A DNA stretch of 64,000 nucleotides, taken from positions 140,182,001 through 140,246,000 of the forward strand of contig OZ024740.1 of the NCBI GenBank assembly GCA_964016885.1, read 5' to 3'. The notes under the pieces were generated by a model that was not told the origin of the DNA, made no database searches, and saw nothing but the letters and a program-made list of their open reading frames with translations. The stretch comes from Eledone cirrhosa (Eukaryota). Positions 13,467 through 26,245 of the stretch are shown here, piece after piece (positions within the stretch are counted from its first letter, which is position 1; each line of letters starts with the position of its first letter). The position numbers and the translations under genes are program-made.

Positions 13467-14176
13467 GTCAACAAAAGCCTCGGATTTATGTTCAGTAGCT
13501 GTTTTTGACTTCTCTCTCTCTCTCTCTGCTGGTCATTTATATACATACATGTGCTTCTCGTGTTCCTTAATTGAGATAGAGTTCTTTTTCCTTTCTTTCC
13601 TTCTGTTTGATTTTTTTACTCTCTCCTTTTTTCCCCAATAACATATTATCTTTAATGCGTTGAAATGTCCGTGATCTCCAGCAGACAACTGAAGAAGGGA
13701 TTGTCCCCCGCTGGTGCTTTCCTTTTATTTTTAACTACACTTTATCGAGTAACCACACAGCTCCCTGTTTCTCCCAAAATTTATATATATATATATATAT
13801 ATATAACAGATATTTACTCTTTTATTCGTTTCAGTCAGAAGATTGTGTCTATAATTTAGCACCGCCTTGAGTTTGTCCATTATATCGACCCCGCTATTCA
13901 TGTTTTCAAGTCTTATACTTATGTATTGATCTGTTTTATAGAATAAATAAGTTACGGGACATAAACACAGAAACACAAACACAAATGTAGACAGGCACAC
14001 ACACATATATGTGTGTGTGTGTGTGTGTGTGTATACATACATACACACGCACGCCTGTTATGTGAAAACCCAGCGGGGATAACAGCACAGAAGGACGATA
14101 CAGTACAATCGTGATATATATTAGTTTAACACTTGATATAGTAGGAAAACAGTTTTGTGAAGGCGCATGATTTATG

Positions 14177-14516
14177 CAGAGGTTCTCAAAGTGGGCGCTA
14201 CCGCTCAGCCGGAAAAGGGGGGCTTGAGAAGGTCCAGCAGGTAATGGGGCCTAAGGGGGGGGGGAGTAGAGATGATAGAATAGTATATTAAATATCAAAT
14301 GATACATTTTATATATAAATATATTAAAATAAAAAACAAAATATTTATTTATACATAGTATATATTATATTATTTATTATATATAAATTAACGATTTTAT
14401 TTATTATATATTATTTAGAATTTGTATGTTGGCGGGTCCCTCTGGAAATAGGGGTGGGGTACTGAGGGTATTACGTGTCCACGAGGGGGGGGGGGGCAAA
14501 AGTTTGAGAAACTCAG
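14177..14516. mobile_element. hAT-like MITE nested in a SINE head
   Basis: TIRs cagaggttctcaaa / tttgagaaactcag. It splits the SINE 5' end (gaaggcgcatg | gctagtgattagag...). Confidence 0.6.
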
Positions 14517-15363
14517 GCTAGTGATTAGAGAGGTGGATTCACAATCATGAGGTTGTGAATTCGATTCCTGGACTAGGTGATGCGTTGTGTCCTTGAGCAA
14601 GACACTTTATTTGGTATTGCTCCAAATCACCCAGCTGTAGTAATGGGTTGCGACGTCACTGCGGCCAAGTTGCTTCGGCCTTTGCCTTTCCCTTAGACAT
14701 TGGTGGCATGGAAAACGAAGACTGGTATGTATGGGTGACTGCTGATCTTTCACAAAGAAAAACACCTTGCCCGAGCTTGTGCCTTGAAGTAAAACTTTCT
14801 ATGTGCACAACCCATGATCATACGTGACTGAAGAGATCTTTTCCTTTTTTTCTTTTACCTAATAGGAATTGAGTTTTAACCTTTCGGATGTTAGTCCTTC
14901 GCCAGAAAATAAAATAAGTGATGGAAGAAGAAATAGAAATATAGACGTGATGAAGAATAGGAAAAAAACTACTTTTGTTCCTATGTGTCGTGGTCTTTGA
15001 ACTCCTGGCGGAGACACTTTCCAAAGGTGCTACGCAATGGGACTGAACCCGAAAGTATGGGGTTTTAACTTAAATTATTTCTTTCAAATATATATAAATA
15101 TATATATATAATTTATTTTACTTATTCGTCATCCTTTCACCATCTCCGCTATATTTATTTATTCTCCTTTACTGCTATGGCCCTCATGTAATAGGTTTAC
15201 TTAGTCAGACACAAAGGTACGCTCCATAAATTTCCTCTTACGATAACTATCTTGGAGTTAAACAAGTTTGTAAACATTGTTACAGGACGGAAATTTCTTT
15301 TTCACTTTATTACACGATAAAATGAATAGTAAATATTTGGTTTTTGCATCTATAATCATATTC

Positions 15364-15404
<41 letters not shown>

Positions 15405-15589
15405 CCCTCCCCCTCTCTCTCTCCCTCTCTCTTATTCTCTTATTCTCTCTCCCTTTTAACCCATCCCCCACACATTGGTACTAATTCGGATTTTTCCTTC
15501 TTCACTACTCTATTTATCTTAGGGGTTTCGGAGATCTTTTTAAATAAGGGGGAGGCAAATAATATGAACCACGAACGCAGTCACACACA

Positions 15590-15762
15590 CAATACATACA
15601 TACATACATACATACATACATACATACATACATACATACATACTCACACACATACATACATACATACATACATACATACATACATACATACATACATACA
15701 TACATACATACATACATACATACATACATACATACGTATATATATATATATATATATACATA

Positions 15763-15833
<71 letters not shown>

Positions 15834-15901
15834 ATATATATGTGTGTGTATATATATATATATATGTGTATATATATGTATATATATATATATGTATATG
15901 C

Positions 15902-15966
<65 letters not shown>

Positions 15967-16001
15967 TATATGTGTGTTTGTGTGTGTATATATATGTAAT
16001 A

Positions 16002-16070
<69 letters not shown>
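15590..16070. repeat. Compound (TACA)n/(TA)n microsatellite
   Basis: Direct inspection. Confidence 0.95.
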
Positions 16071-16071
<1 letters not shown>

Positions 16072-16796
16072 TTATTAGTTGTGTTAAAACACACACCGAA
16101 ATATTTATTTACACTCTACCTCACTATTATTGTTTTTAATGGAAAGTTTGTTTTTGTTTCTGTTGTTTGTTTGTTTTTGTTTTGTTTTGCTTTGTTTTTT
16201 GGTGGGGGTGGGGGGTGCTATAGCCTTCGTGGCTCTGCGATTCATATATATGTCCATCTAAATAGAACTCTTCCGAATTATAAGTATGTTTGTAAACATT
16301 CGTATATTAAAGGAATTTATTTTTATTCATTCCTCGATAAATAGAAAAATATGTATATAAGTTTTATGTTTTTATAGTTATACGCACCATTCCCCCCAAC
16401 TTCTCTGTCAGCCCTTTTGTTTATGTTAGAATTTTTATATTCATCTAAAAACATTCCATCATAATTTTATGTAAGAACCTTTGCTATGTTATGTTACAAA
16501 CGCCATTTTAATAATGAGGTCGTTAGTTATATTACTAAATCCCTCCAAATGCTGGATTATTTACACAACTATTTGAAAATGATAGTGGATGTAAGGGTTA
16601 ATTTATTACTCCTATTCATTTTTATTTGTCGCTTTCCTTCTCTTTTATCTCTCCTTCTAACTACATGTATTTAGACGGCGACAAATTGCTAACTTCAATA
16701 TTTCTACACCAGTACTTTTTCTGGGTTTTTTTCTTTTTTCTCTTATTAATTTGCTACACTTCCTATCAATCAATATTATAAAGACGTTCATTTGGC

Positions 16797-16860
<64 letters not shown>

Positions 16861-17002
16861 GTTGACGGACCCAGCATATTTATCAATGTCAGTACCGGTT
16901 GTATCTCAGCGCACTCAATGGACAATGTAAGATACATTACCAGAGTATACACATAGTTATTTGCCTCAACACAACACACGTAAGGCGGGTGCCTATAAGG
17001 TT

Positions 17003-17112
17003 CCCGGACTCGAGTTTCTGCCGCATTAATGCAGCAGTAAGGTGCACTGCACCATCTGTCTGCATATATTATGCAAGAATGCACAATCGGCTTATGCGGC
17101 TTCATCAGCGGG
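17003..17112 (-). ncRNA. Type I hammerhead ribozyme motif with extended stem II
   Basis: Minus strand CCCG-CTGATGA-aGCCGCAT...ATGCGGCa-GAAAC-TCGA-GTC-CGGG: perfect core, palindromic TCGA loop, GUC site. Confidence 0.85.
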
Positions 17113-17576
17113 TATCGCCTAATCAATAACCAATCGATCGACAGAATCCAAACACCAGCCCATGCCGGTCATGACTGTTTGTGACAACCGACACGGTAAA
17201 GAGATTAGCAACTGGCAACCGATAGGACTCTATCTCTCAACTAGCCACTGATTTACAAATTTTACGTGGGGACGGGAAGCTAAAAAGAATCAATATTTTA
17301 GTTCCTGTCAGAAGCACTCAGCCAACGTGTCTCACACACAAATTATCAAGGGGTGAAAAGATGGCTATTAGAAATAGCAGTTCACCTTGATATAAAATAG
17401 AATGGTAGCATTCGGTTCATGTCTCAAAGCCCCATGCCTAGAGAAAAGCGATGGTAACAACGGACTTTAAATGCTATCATCCATTATATAACAATATAGT
17501 AGCGAGCTGAAATGTGTCAGCCACGTGCGTAGATAACCAGTCTAATTCACAACTTAAAAGAGTGAGAGACAAAATT

Positions 17577-17625
<49 letters not shown>

Positions 17626-17824
17626 TATATATATATAATAGTAGAACACTGGAGGGCTATATCCGTAGTAGTAGAGCACTAAGTCTATGGGACACATTTG
17701 GTAGAAGTAGTTCCACAACAGTCTGTTCACCATACCGAGAACAAATGTTTCACCTTGAGCTGAAGATCCGCATAAGGTCAAACATTTGTTCTGAGTATGG
17801 TGAACTAACTGTTGTGGAACTACT

Positions 17825-17914
<90 letters not shown>

Positions 17915-18269
17915 AGATAGTACTTCAATTGGTCTCCTTATAGATAGATTATATTTTGCTGAACTAGAAAAAAGACGTTGCTACTAAAGACGACTTCAGT
18001 CTTTGGATTTGCTAATTTTACTTTGTTTATTTCAACCATGGTAATTAGTTAATTTTATTTCTTTGTGATTCGAAACAGCTGTATTTGTATAATTTAGGTA
18101 TAATTAGTAATGTAAGCAATGTCTTCTATATTCTGATTACTTTTGAACCTTGTCATATGTATTACAAGATATAATTAATGTTGCTTCTGCTATATTGTCG
18201 CATAAGTATGCTCTGGAATAGGTATTTTTCGCATCATATTTCCATTGAGATGTTTACAGAATAACAAAT

Positions 18270-18310
<41 letters not shown>

Positions 18311-18700
18311 TGTAATAAATATATATATATTTATTATTATTTTTAGTCTTCATAATTATTATTAGTATATATATATAGAGAGAGAGAGATTTTGAGTATA
18401 TGTTGGTTGTATACCAACACCTCAGTATGCAGATTGGAGCACTCGACGAGTTGCGCAGGTTGGTTTGGTTACTCCGGAGTAATGTAAAATAAAATAAAAT
18501 AAATAAGTCAAATGTTTAAAATTTAGCTTCGTTTATTACTGTTATATATATTTCGGTGACAGCCATCTTTGGCTGTGACCGAAATATGATTCCAGTTCCT
18601 CAGTGAAATAACAACCCAACCAGGAACTGGGCATATCAGAGTATTGACAAAGTTATACACCTCAACAACATATGTACTTGGCTATACCACACTAATTCGG

Positions 18701-18755
18701 ACTGCCTGAAGAGGTCACAGCCAAAGATGGCTGTCACCGAAATATATATAGCAGT
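18701..18755 (+). ncRNA. Minimal type I hammerhead ribozyme motif
   Basis: ACTGC-CTGAAGA-GGTCACAGCCA-AAGA-TGGCTGTCACC-GAAAT-ATAT-ATA-GCAGT. Confidence 0.85.
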
Positions 18756-18809
18756 AATAAACGAAGCTAAATTTTAAACATTTGACTTATTTATTTTATT
18801 TGAAGGAAT

Positions 18810-19067
18810 ATGACGTCACTTTCAGCTTATATCTGGAGTCTAAAAGACAACCACACCCAATATAAGTTACACTGGGAGATCCTAGCTAGGGCTAGATCGT
18901 ATAACGGAAATAAAAGACCATGTGACCTCTGCGCCGCTGAGGCCCTGGAAATACTCTACGCCACAGACCACATCTTAAACAAAAAATCTGAGGCAATTTC
19001 GGCTTGTAAACACAAATTGCACAAAACTTTCCTGTATTACAGCCCCACATTATACCCTAACGGATAG
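18810..19067 (+). mobile_element. Penelope-like GIY-YIG endonuclease C-terminal fragment
   Basis: TSLSAYIWSLK...WEIL..ARSY..KRPCDLCAAE..I...ILNKKSE..SACKH matches the PLE endonuclease C-terminal pattern. Confidence 0.8.
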
Positions 19068-19555
19068 TACGATCTATACATGGATATTCTACGCCTTGAT
19101 GTGGTAGCTAAGTATATGTTATGTTTATACCATTACTTATTTGCATAGCCAGGGAACGTTTCCACGAACCAAAGTATCGTCTTCCTGTCTTCCTCCGGTT
19201 GCAACTTTTTTGAAACATTCACTTCTGCGTTTACAGATTGACTTTGTTAGTTTCAGAACATCCCGTTAAGGGTGAAAGCAGCGATTCTTTGCTTAAACTT
19301 TAATCTGTTATTTTAATAAATATTTGCTCTACGGTTCTTATATATTTGATATATATTTATCCTTATCGAGCCCTCTTTGGATTTGAGTCTTCACATTTAT
19401 TATTATTACTATATATATATATATATATATATATACAAAACAACACGGCCGTGTGTTTTTACTGGCAGCATGCATAACCCTCCCAAAGTATAACAATATC
19501 TGTTTCAACACACGTTTTCAGATAAGAATTCCTGCAAAAGAAATACAAAAACGAA

Positions 19556-19641
<86 letters not shown>

Positions 19642-21169
19642 GCATATATTACGCACACACATGTACATACATAAACAAATAGAACTAGAGCGGGTTTCCG
19701 ATGGAAGATTGATGAGAAACTTTAAAAAGTGTTGTACATTTTTCCTCTTTATTTGATCTTTTTTATTATTATCTAATATACATACATACGTGGGGGCGTG
19801 GGGGGCGTGTGCGTGTGTAACATATACATATATATATACATATACATTGGCATTCATATGTACCCACAGCTATTGAGATTAACAGAAAGAAAAATGGCAG
19901 CTAATGATGACAACAATTACACATCAACAACAAATAAGTTTCAGGAAACACACATATATATATGTGTGTGTGTGTGCGTCTGTTTGTCTGTGTATGTGTG
20001 TACCTGTGTGTGCGTGTAAACATATACATTATGTTGTTGATGTCTTCATATATATTTTTTTCCAAACATTATTCCGCCATCCATTTTATCTATCCATCAA
20101 CAGTCTTTATGCATCTGTCTTATCTTACTTGATTGATTTTGTTTGTTTGTTTGTATATTTTACTATTGACTTAACTTATTTTCTCCTCTCGAGTAACCTG
20201 CTTGTCAATTTGCCCATTTATTCATTCATTTATTCATTCATTCACAATTCCCACCCAATTCGGCATATGTTTTTCTTTAAGTAAATACAAAATGTTACAT
20301 GACGAACTTTATTTAATTGTTTATGTATTATTTTCATTTTTAATGTTAGTTATTTCTGTTGGTGTTGTTCTGCTGAGTTTTCTGCCATTTCATTTTGTTT
20401 ATGTGATGTTGTTTTTTTGTTTTGTTTTTTTTTAAATTTGTTGTCTGTTTTTGTTTTTGGTTAACCTTATTACTTTTATTGATGTTTTCTTATTATTAGC
20501 TGCCGTTTTTCTTCGTGTTTATCTCAATCACTCTAGATACACATAAATGTATACATATATATCTATATATACATGTGTGTGCGTGTGTGTGAGGGGGGGG
20601 GGTATATATGCTTATGTATGCAAATAGGAACATATTTTCATCCAAATTTATTAAAGATACGACTTTGTTTATGTTTGACATTTTTATTAAGGATTTTTCA
20701 TATTTCCTTATACACACGTACGACACATTTGACGCATTTCATCAGTTGACCATACATTAACAACGAGCAATCGCAATATTTTATTTTACAGTATATGCAA
20801 CAGAATTAGATGGGAGAACATTAGTTGACAATACAATAACTATTCACAGAATCGCACATTAAACGAGGAGAGTAACTATCTTGGTTGTTTTAGTGATAGG
20901 GGCATCAGTCTTATCAAGAAGATCAACATGAAATTTAGCGTCTTGTCCAAGAACACAGTGCACGTTCGGTTCAAGATTCGAACCCTCGACTTTATAATCA
21001 TGAGTGCAACATCCTAAGCACGAGACCACGTAACTTCAACGTGACTAAATTAGTAAATTAGACTAATTTTGGAAATCTTTTGTTCTCATTATGATCTCAG
21101 ATACTTTTCTGTAAGTGTTACTTTGAAAACGAAATGATTATTTTGCAAGATAAATTTTATTCTTTTAAT

Positions 21170-21357
21170 AATTGTTTCTACTTTAGGCACAAGGCCAGCA
21201 ATTACCCAGTGCATTACTGGTACTTTATTTTATCGACCCCGTAAAGATGAAAGGCAAAGTCAACCTCGGCGGGATTTGAACTCAAATCGTAAAGGGACGT
21301 AACTATGCTGGAAAGCATGGCTTCCCACCCTCTACCGATACTGCCAATCCACCGCCC
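21170..21357 (-). mobile_element. SINE family 1 copy
   Basis: Reverse complement of the 7010-7235 sequence. Confidence 0.85.
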
Positions 21358-21967
21358 TTTTTATTCTTTTAATAATGTGACTTTTCTATCTTCGTTCAGG
21401 TAATTAGTTTAAAATGTTTCAAGCCAGAATTCAAAGTCTTCCAATACGTGTTCATGTGAAATCATAGTATAGAAGGTCCCTAGTTAATAAATAAAGGGAG
21501 AAGGGTTAAATACAGTGGTTCACAACATGGGGTTCGCTGACACATGGAGGTCCTCAATGGTAGCACTTGAGGTACGTAAGTTAAGTTCAAATTTTCAAAT
21601 ATTTCGTTAAAAGCATTGTACACAAGCTTTATGGGTATCCATTCTTCTCTTAAGGTTTTATGGATTTGGGGAAAAATCATAGGTTGTCAGTAGATGGGTA
21701 AAATCTCTATTCACTGGAAGAAATTCGTGTAAAACGATATAAAATAACACAGTAACACGCAGAAAATAAACAGGAGAAGAAAGGCTTTCGGCAACAAACT
21801 GGGGAACAGAAAAAATAGATGTGAACGAAGGGAAAATATTTCGACTAAAATAAAGTACAGATAAGCAACAAAATAATTAGGAGTCTTGCGGTTGAGACAA
21901 CACAAGAACAGGTACAAAGAGTTGTGCAAGGTAATAACGCTGAAGGTAAATATATATATATATATAT

Positions 21968-22393
21968 ATATTAAGATAGGGGGGAAGAAAAAATGGCTTC
22001 ACTTGTGCTTTCAACAAATTTATTTTCTTCACAAAATCCCAAAAGAATTTTTCTTGAAAAAAATTATTTTATAAATTAAGTTGTTGGTTGTTGGTTAGGT
22101 CTTAGGAGTTCTTGGTTAACGTAGGAGGTATTGTTTCGTTTTTAAAAAGACCTTTCACGCTGAGGTGCGCTTGTCAAACTGTTTGACAAGCGCACCTCAG
22201 CGTGAAAGGTCTTTTTAAAAACGAAACAATACCTCCTACGTTAACCAAGAACTCCTAAGACCTAACCAACAACCAACAACTTAATTTATAAAATAATTTT
22301 TTTCAAGAAAAATTATTTTTGGATTTTGTGAAGAAAATAAATTTGTTGAAAGCACAAGTGAAGCCATATTTTCTTCCCCCCTATCTTAATATA
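21968..22393. repeat. Long near-perfect palindrome (~210-bp arms, 1-nt spacer at 22180)
   Basis: ...cgcttgtcaaac-t-gtttgacaagcg...; arms are complementary out to ttaagatagggggg / cccccctatcttaa with a few mismatches. Confidence 0.95.
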
Positions 22394-22422
22394 CCTAACT
22401 GTACCAAGGATTACACACATTT

Positions 22423-22512
<90 letters not shown>

Positions 22513-22720
22513 GCACTCACATGGTGTCACAGCAGGTTAATATATCAAAACACACACCAGAGAAATGTAAACGCTGTTTTAATCCGCATTCTATCTCAGT
22601 CCCCTCTTTTCTCTTTTCTCTGCTCTCTCGCTCTCTCTCTCTTTCTCTCACTCTCTATCTATCTACATACATACATACATACATACATACATACATACAT
22701 ACATACATACATACATACAG

Positions 22721-22751
<31 letters not shown>

Positions 22752-22976
22752 ACTATATATATTTTTATATATATAATACATACATACGTATATATATGTA
22801 TATTATATTGTATATATATATGTATATATAATTCTTTTACATTTGAATTAGTATGGCTCTGGAGCTTGTTTATTGTTTATTGTCTGTTGAGCTTGTTTAT
22901 TGAGAGGTATAAAAATCGTACGTATTTGATATGTTTTGATTCCTCACATTTGTATATATATATATGTATATATATA

Positions 22977-23020
<44 letters not shown>

Positions 23021-23244
23021 CATACATACATACATACATACATACATACATACATACATACATACATACATACATACATACATACATACATACATACATA
23101 GTTTATGTCTTTGATTCAATTCCTTCCTTTACAATCCTTTCCCTCCATTAGCTCTCTTCCTTCACCGCTCCACTCACCTTTATACACCACGCCGCCAACG
23201 TTTTTGAGGCTACAAAATAATTAACTGAAACACCAACAATTTGT

Positions 23245-24060
23245 TTAATGCAATTTATCGACTAATAGAATGAACTCTATAGATAATGAACGCCTCCATC
23301 TCCCCCATCTCTCTCGCTCTCCCCATCTCTCTGTATGGTGAGCAAATGGGGTCCTACGTGCTGGCCTCCCCACAGCCCAGGCGAACAGAATAGAGAAGGC
23401 GTTTCCCCGGAGGATGGTAAGGGAGATGCGCTGGAAGAGCCATTCCAACTCGCGAGGCTCACACCTGCGGCTGGCCAGCTCAGCGCCTATGGTGGTGAGT
23501 AGGGAGGTAGCCCTAGGGCCAAGGACACCAGAAGTCTCCACTGCCAAGGGCACGACCGCAAACCTGTCGGAGAGTGACCGATACTTGGAGAGTTTGGCCT
23601 CCTCAGCCCTACGTGCAGCAGTATTTGGGTTAGTTGCAGACTGCACCAGGTTGCGGCTGGAGAAAGTGTCGCTGCAAGTGGCATAGCATACGAGGGGTTT
23701 GCCACCGCAGAACGGGAAGATGGTCATACCGTCTGGCCTTTTGCCGTCCCTTCGGTCCAGCCCCACCGGCTCGAGCTGGGAGGGGGAAGCCTGCAGCCTC
23801 CAAGCCATGCTTTATGACCTCTTTGAGGGCAGCATGGCGTGGAAGGCGGCCGACACTGTAGCGACAGGAAAGCGGGTGGAGGCCGAGAGAGTCCACGGTG
23901 GATCCTCAGCGACATTTATATGGCTCGCAGATCCGGAGGCCACGCCTCGGGAAAACGCCGAATCGCAGGCTATCGTTATCCAGCTGCGTACTAGTGGAGA
24001 AGGAGAGCAAGGTATGGAGCCAGACACCACGGTGGGGTTTGGAGGCTGCCACGCGAACGT
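23245..24060 (-). mobile_element. CRE-like non-LTR retrotransposon 3' fragment (Zn knuckle plus restriction-like endonuclease)
   Basis: GLHPLSCRYSVGRLPRHAALKEVI; EPVGLDRRDGKRPDGMT; AEEAKLSKY; VPLAVETSGVLG; LFQRISLTILRGNA. Frameshifted. Confidence 0.85.
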
Positions 24061-25279
24061 TTTTGTTGTTGTTTTTTTCTCTCTTTAACATCACTCCACC
24101 GTCGTTACTGCCACTACCGCCACAATCAGTAACTCTAACACCATCAGTAACTCTAACACCATCAGTAACTCTAACACCATCACAAACATCACCACCACCA
24201 CATCCCCCCCTCACGGAAACTACAGCCGCTTATACCACCACCAATTTAAGGAAATCAACAAAACTACCGCCATTATATCTACCAACACCACCTAATCTAT
24301 ACAAACAGCAATTAATAAGCAACGATGCTGGTCGACATATTAGCAGACCAGTTGCACTTATGGTGCTTTTCCTGGACCTTATCATATAAGTAAAATTTTA
24401 CGCTAATTAGATTTTATATATTCAAATGAAGTTCAGATATAAAAAAATAAGCTTAAAAAGAATTTATTATATCAAATAAACAAAAAATACAATATAGACG
24501 TTTAAAAAAGGGAGGGGGGGCTTGTCCCCTGGTACCCCTCTGAAACAAGGCCCTTGCGTGTCACTGTCTTCTTTTACATAAATTTGTTCCACAGAAGATA
24601 ATTTGGTACAAATATGGTAGTCGTATATTGTGCAAAATTGAAGTGATCGTATGGAGCAGTACAGGTAGAGAGGTACAATGTTTATACTCCACTGCTGTAT
24701 TCATACTTCCAATCCTTTTCACACATATATATATATATATATATATACACGGGTGTGTATGATTGTGTATAGAAGATTATATTAAATAAAGGAATTCCAA
24801 CTTTGTTTGATTTACTCGTTTTATTTACAATCCTTTAAAATGATAATGATATTATATTGTAAATAAAACGAGTACATCAGACAAAGCTGGAATTCCTTAT
24901 TAATATATATATATATATATATATATAAATATACAAAATTAAGATAAATCAAAGTGAATTTAATCTAAATCAAAATTATGGGTGTCATGCCAGAAAGGCA
25001 TGCGCCATATCACCCGTAAAATAAGCTCCAAGATTCTAATGAATAGGTCCGAGCATTTTATAACAACTAGAAATTGATTAATATATAAATAAACATATGA
25101 AACAATCACAGGGTATCTATTATAAGGTATCTATTTTTGAAGTTCTAGTTAACTTTATTTAGTTACCTACCTAGCTATGTGTTCTTACACACCTGTAAAT
25201 ATTTTCCCCTGTGATTGTTTCATATGTTTATTTATATGTTAAGCAATTTCTAGTTATTTTTTATATATATATATATATA

Positions 25280-25409
<130 letters not shown>

Positions 25410-25514
25410 GGTATGAATATTCCAACAGGCACTAGGTACCTATAGAAATATGCATGGTGTTTATAATAGTTGTGTTTCGATGGTACTAATTTGAGATACC
25501 AGAACTATAAAAAT

Positions 25515-26245
25515 GACCGGCTTATAACCCCGAGTGTAATCGGGTTCACCAGCTAGAAAGACAAATGGAAACATTGTTTCTTCGGTCCGATTTGACGAAA
25601 GTCGATTTAGTTCCACAACAAATTAACAAACCATACTTGAAGACACGTTGAGGTTGTTGCAAAGGGCAATAACCCTAGACACAGTTTTGATCAACTTTTT
25701 TTCACCTATAGCAAATTTACCGGGACAGGTTTTTAGCTACTCAAATCTACTTCAGAAGTCGCGCATTCATGTAAAAAATCAGTAAAACTGAAGCGGGGGG
25801 TTCGACTTTGCGCAAAAAACAAGGCAAAGTTGCACGTGGGAAAACTTTTTACAGGAACGTCCGATTTTCTTGAAAAGTGTCGCAAAACACTCGCCATTAT
25901 GCCGTGGTTCAGATAAAGTCCCTTTTATTTCTCTTCTTGCACATGTGAGCGCGAAAATTGTAAAAAAAAAAAAAAAGCTGAAAAAATCGACTTTTTAAAA
26001 AATCAACTGAAAATTCAATTTCAAGTGAATTTGACTTCCGTCAGTCGTGCAAAGAACAATTTCAACGATACACTGTGAACCTACAATTGATCCATTATTT
26101 ATGCTCAATTACACACCTGCGTCTACTAACCTCTGTTTTTTTCCTTGAGGTTCGAAGGTTTTTGCACCTGTGATGCGCGGAAGTAACTTTCACACATTTT
26201 AACAACAGAGCAAAGGTCGACTTACACCCGGTCAACGCCGGGTAT
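25515..26245 (+). mobile_element. Possible Helitron-like non-autonomous fragments
   Basis: Hairpin aaccccgagtgtaatcgggtt followed by cagCTAG (ending 25556). Second GC-rich hairpin acccggtcaacgccgggt near 26225. Confidence 0.4.

Noticed and set aside
15514-16139. [12 protein letters not shown] and ERER ORFs here and throughout the window
   Set aside because: Translations of di- and tetranucleotide microsatellites.
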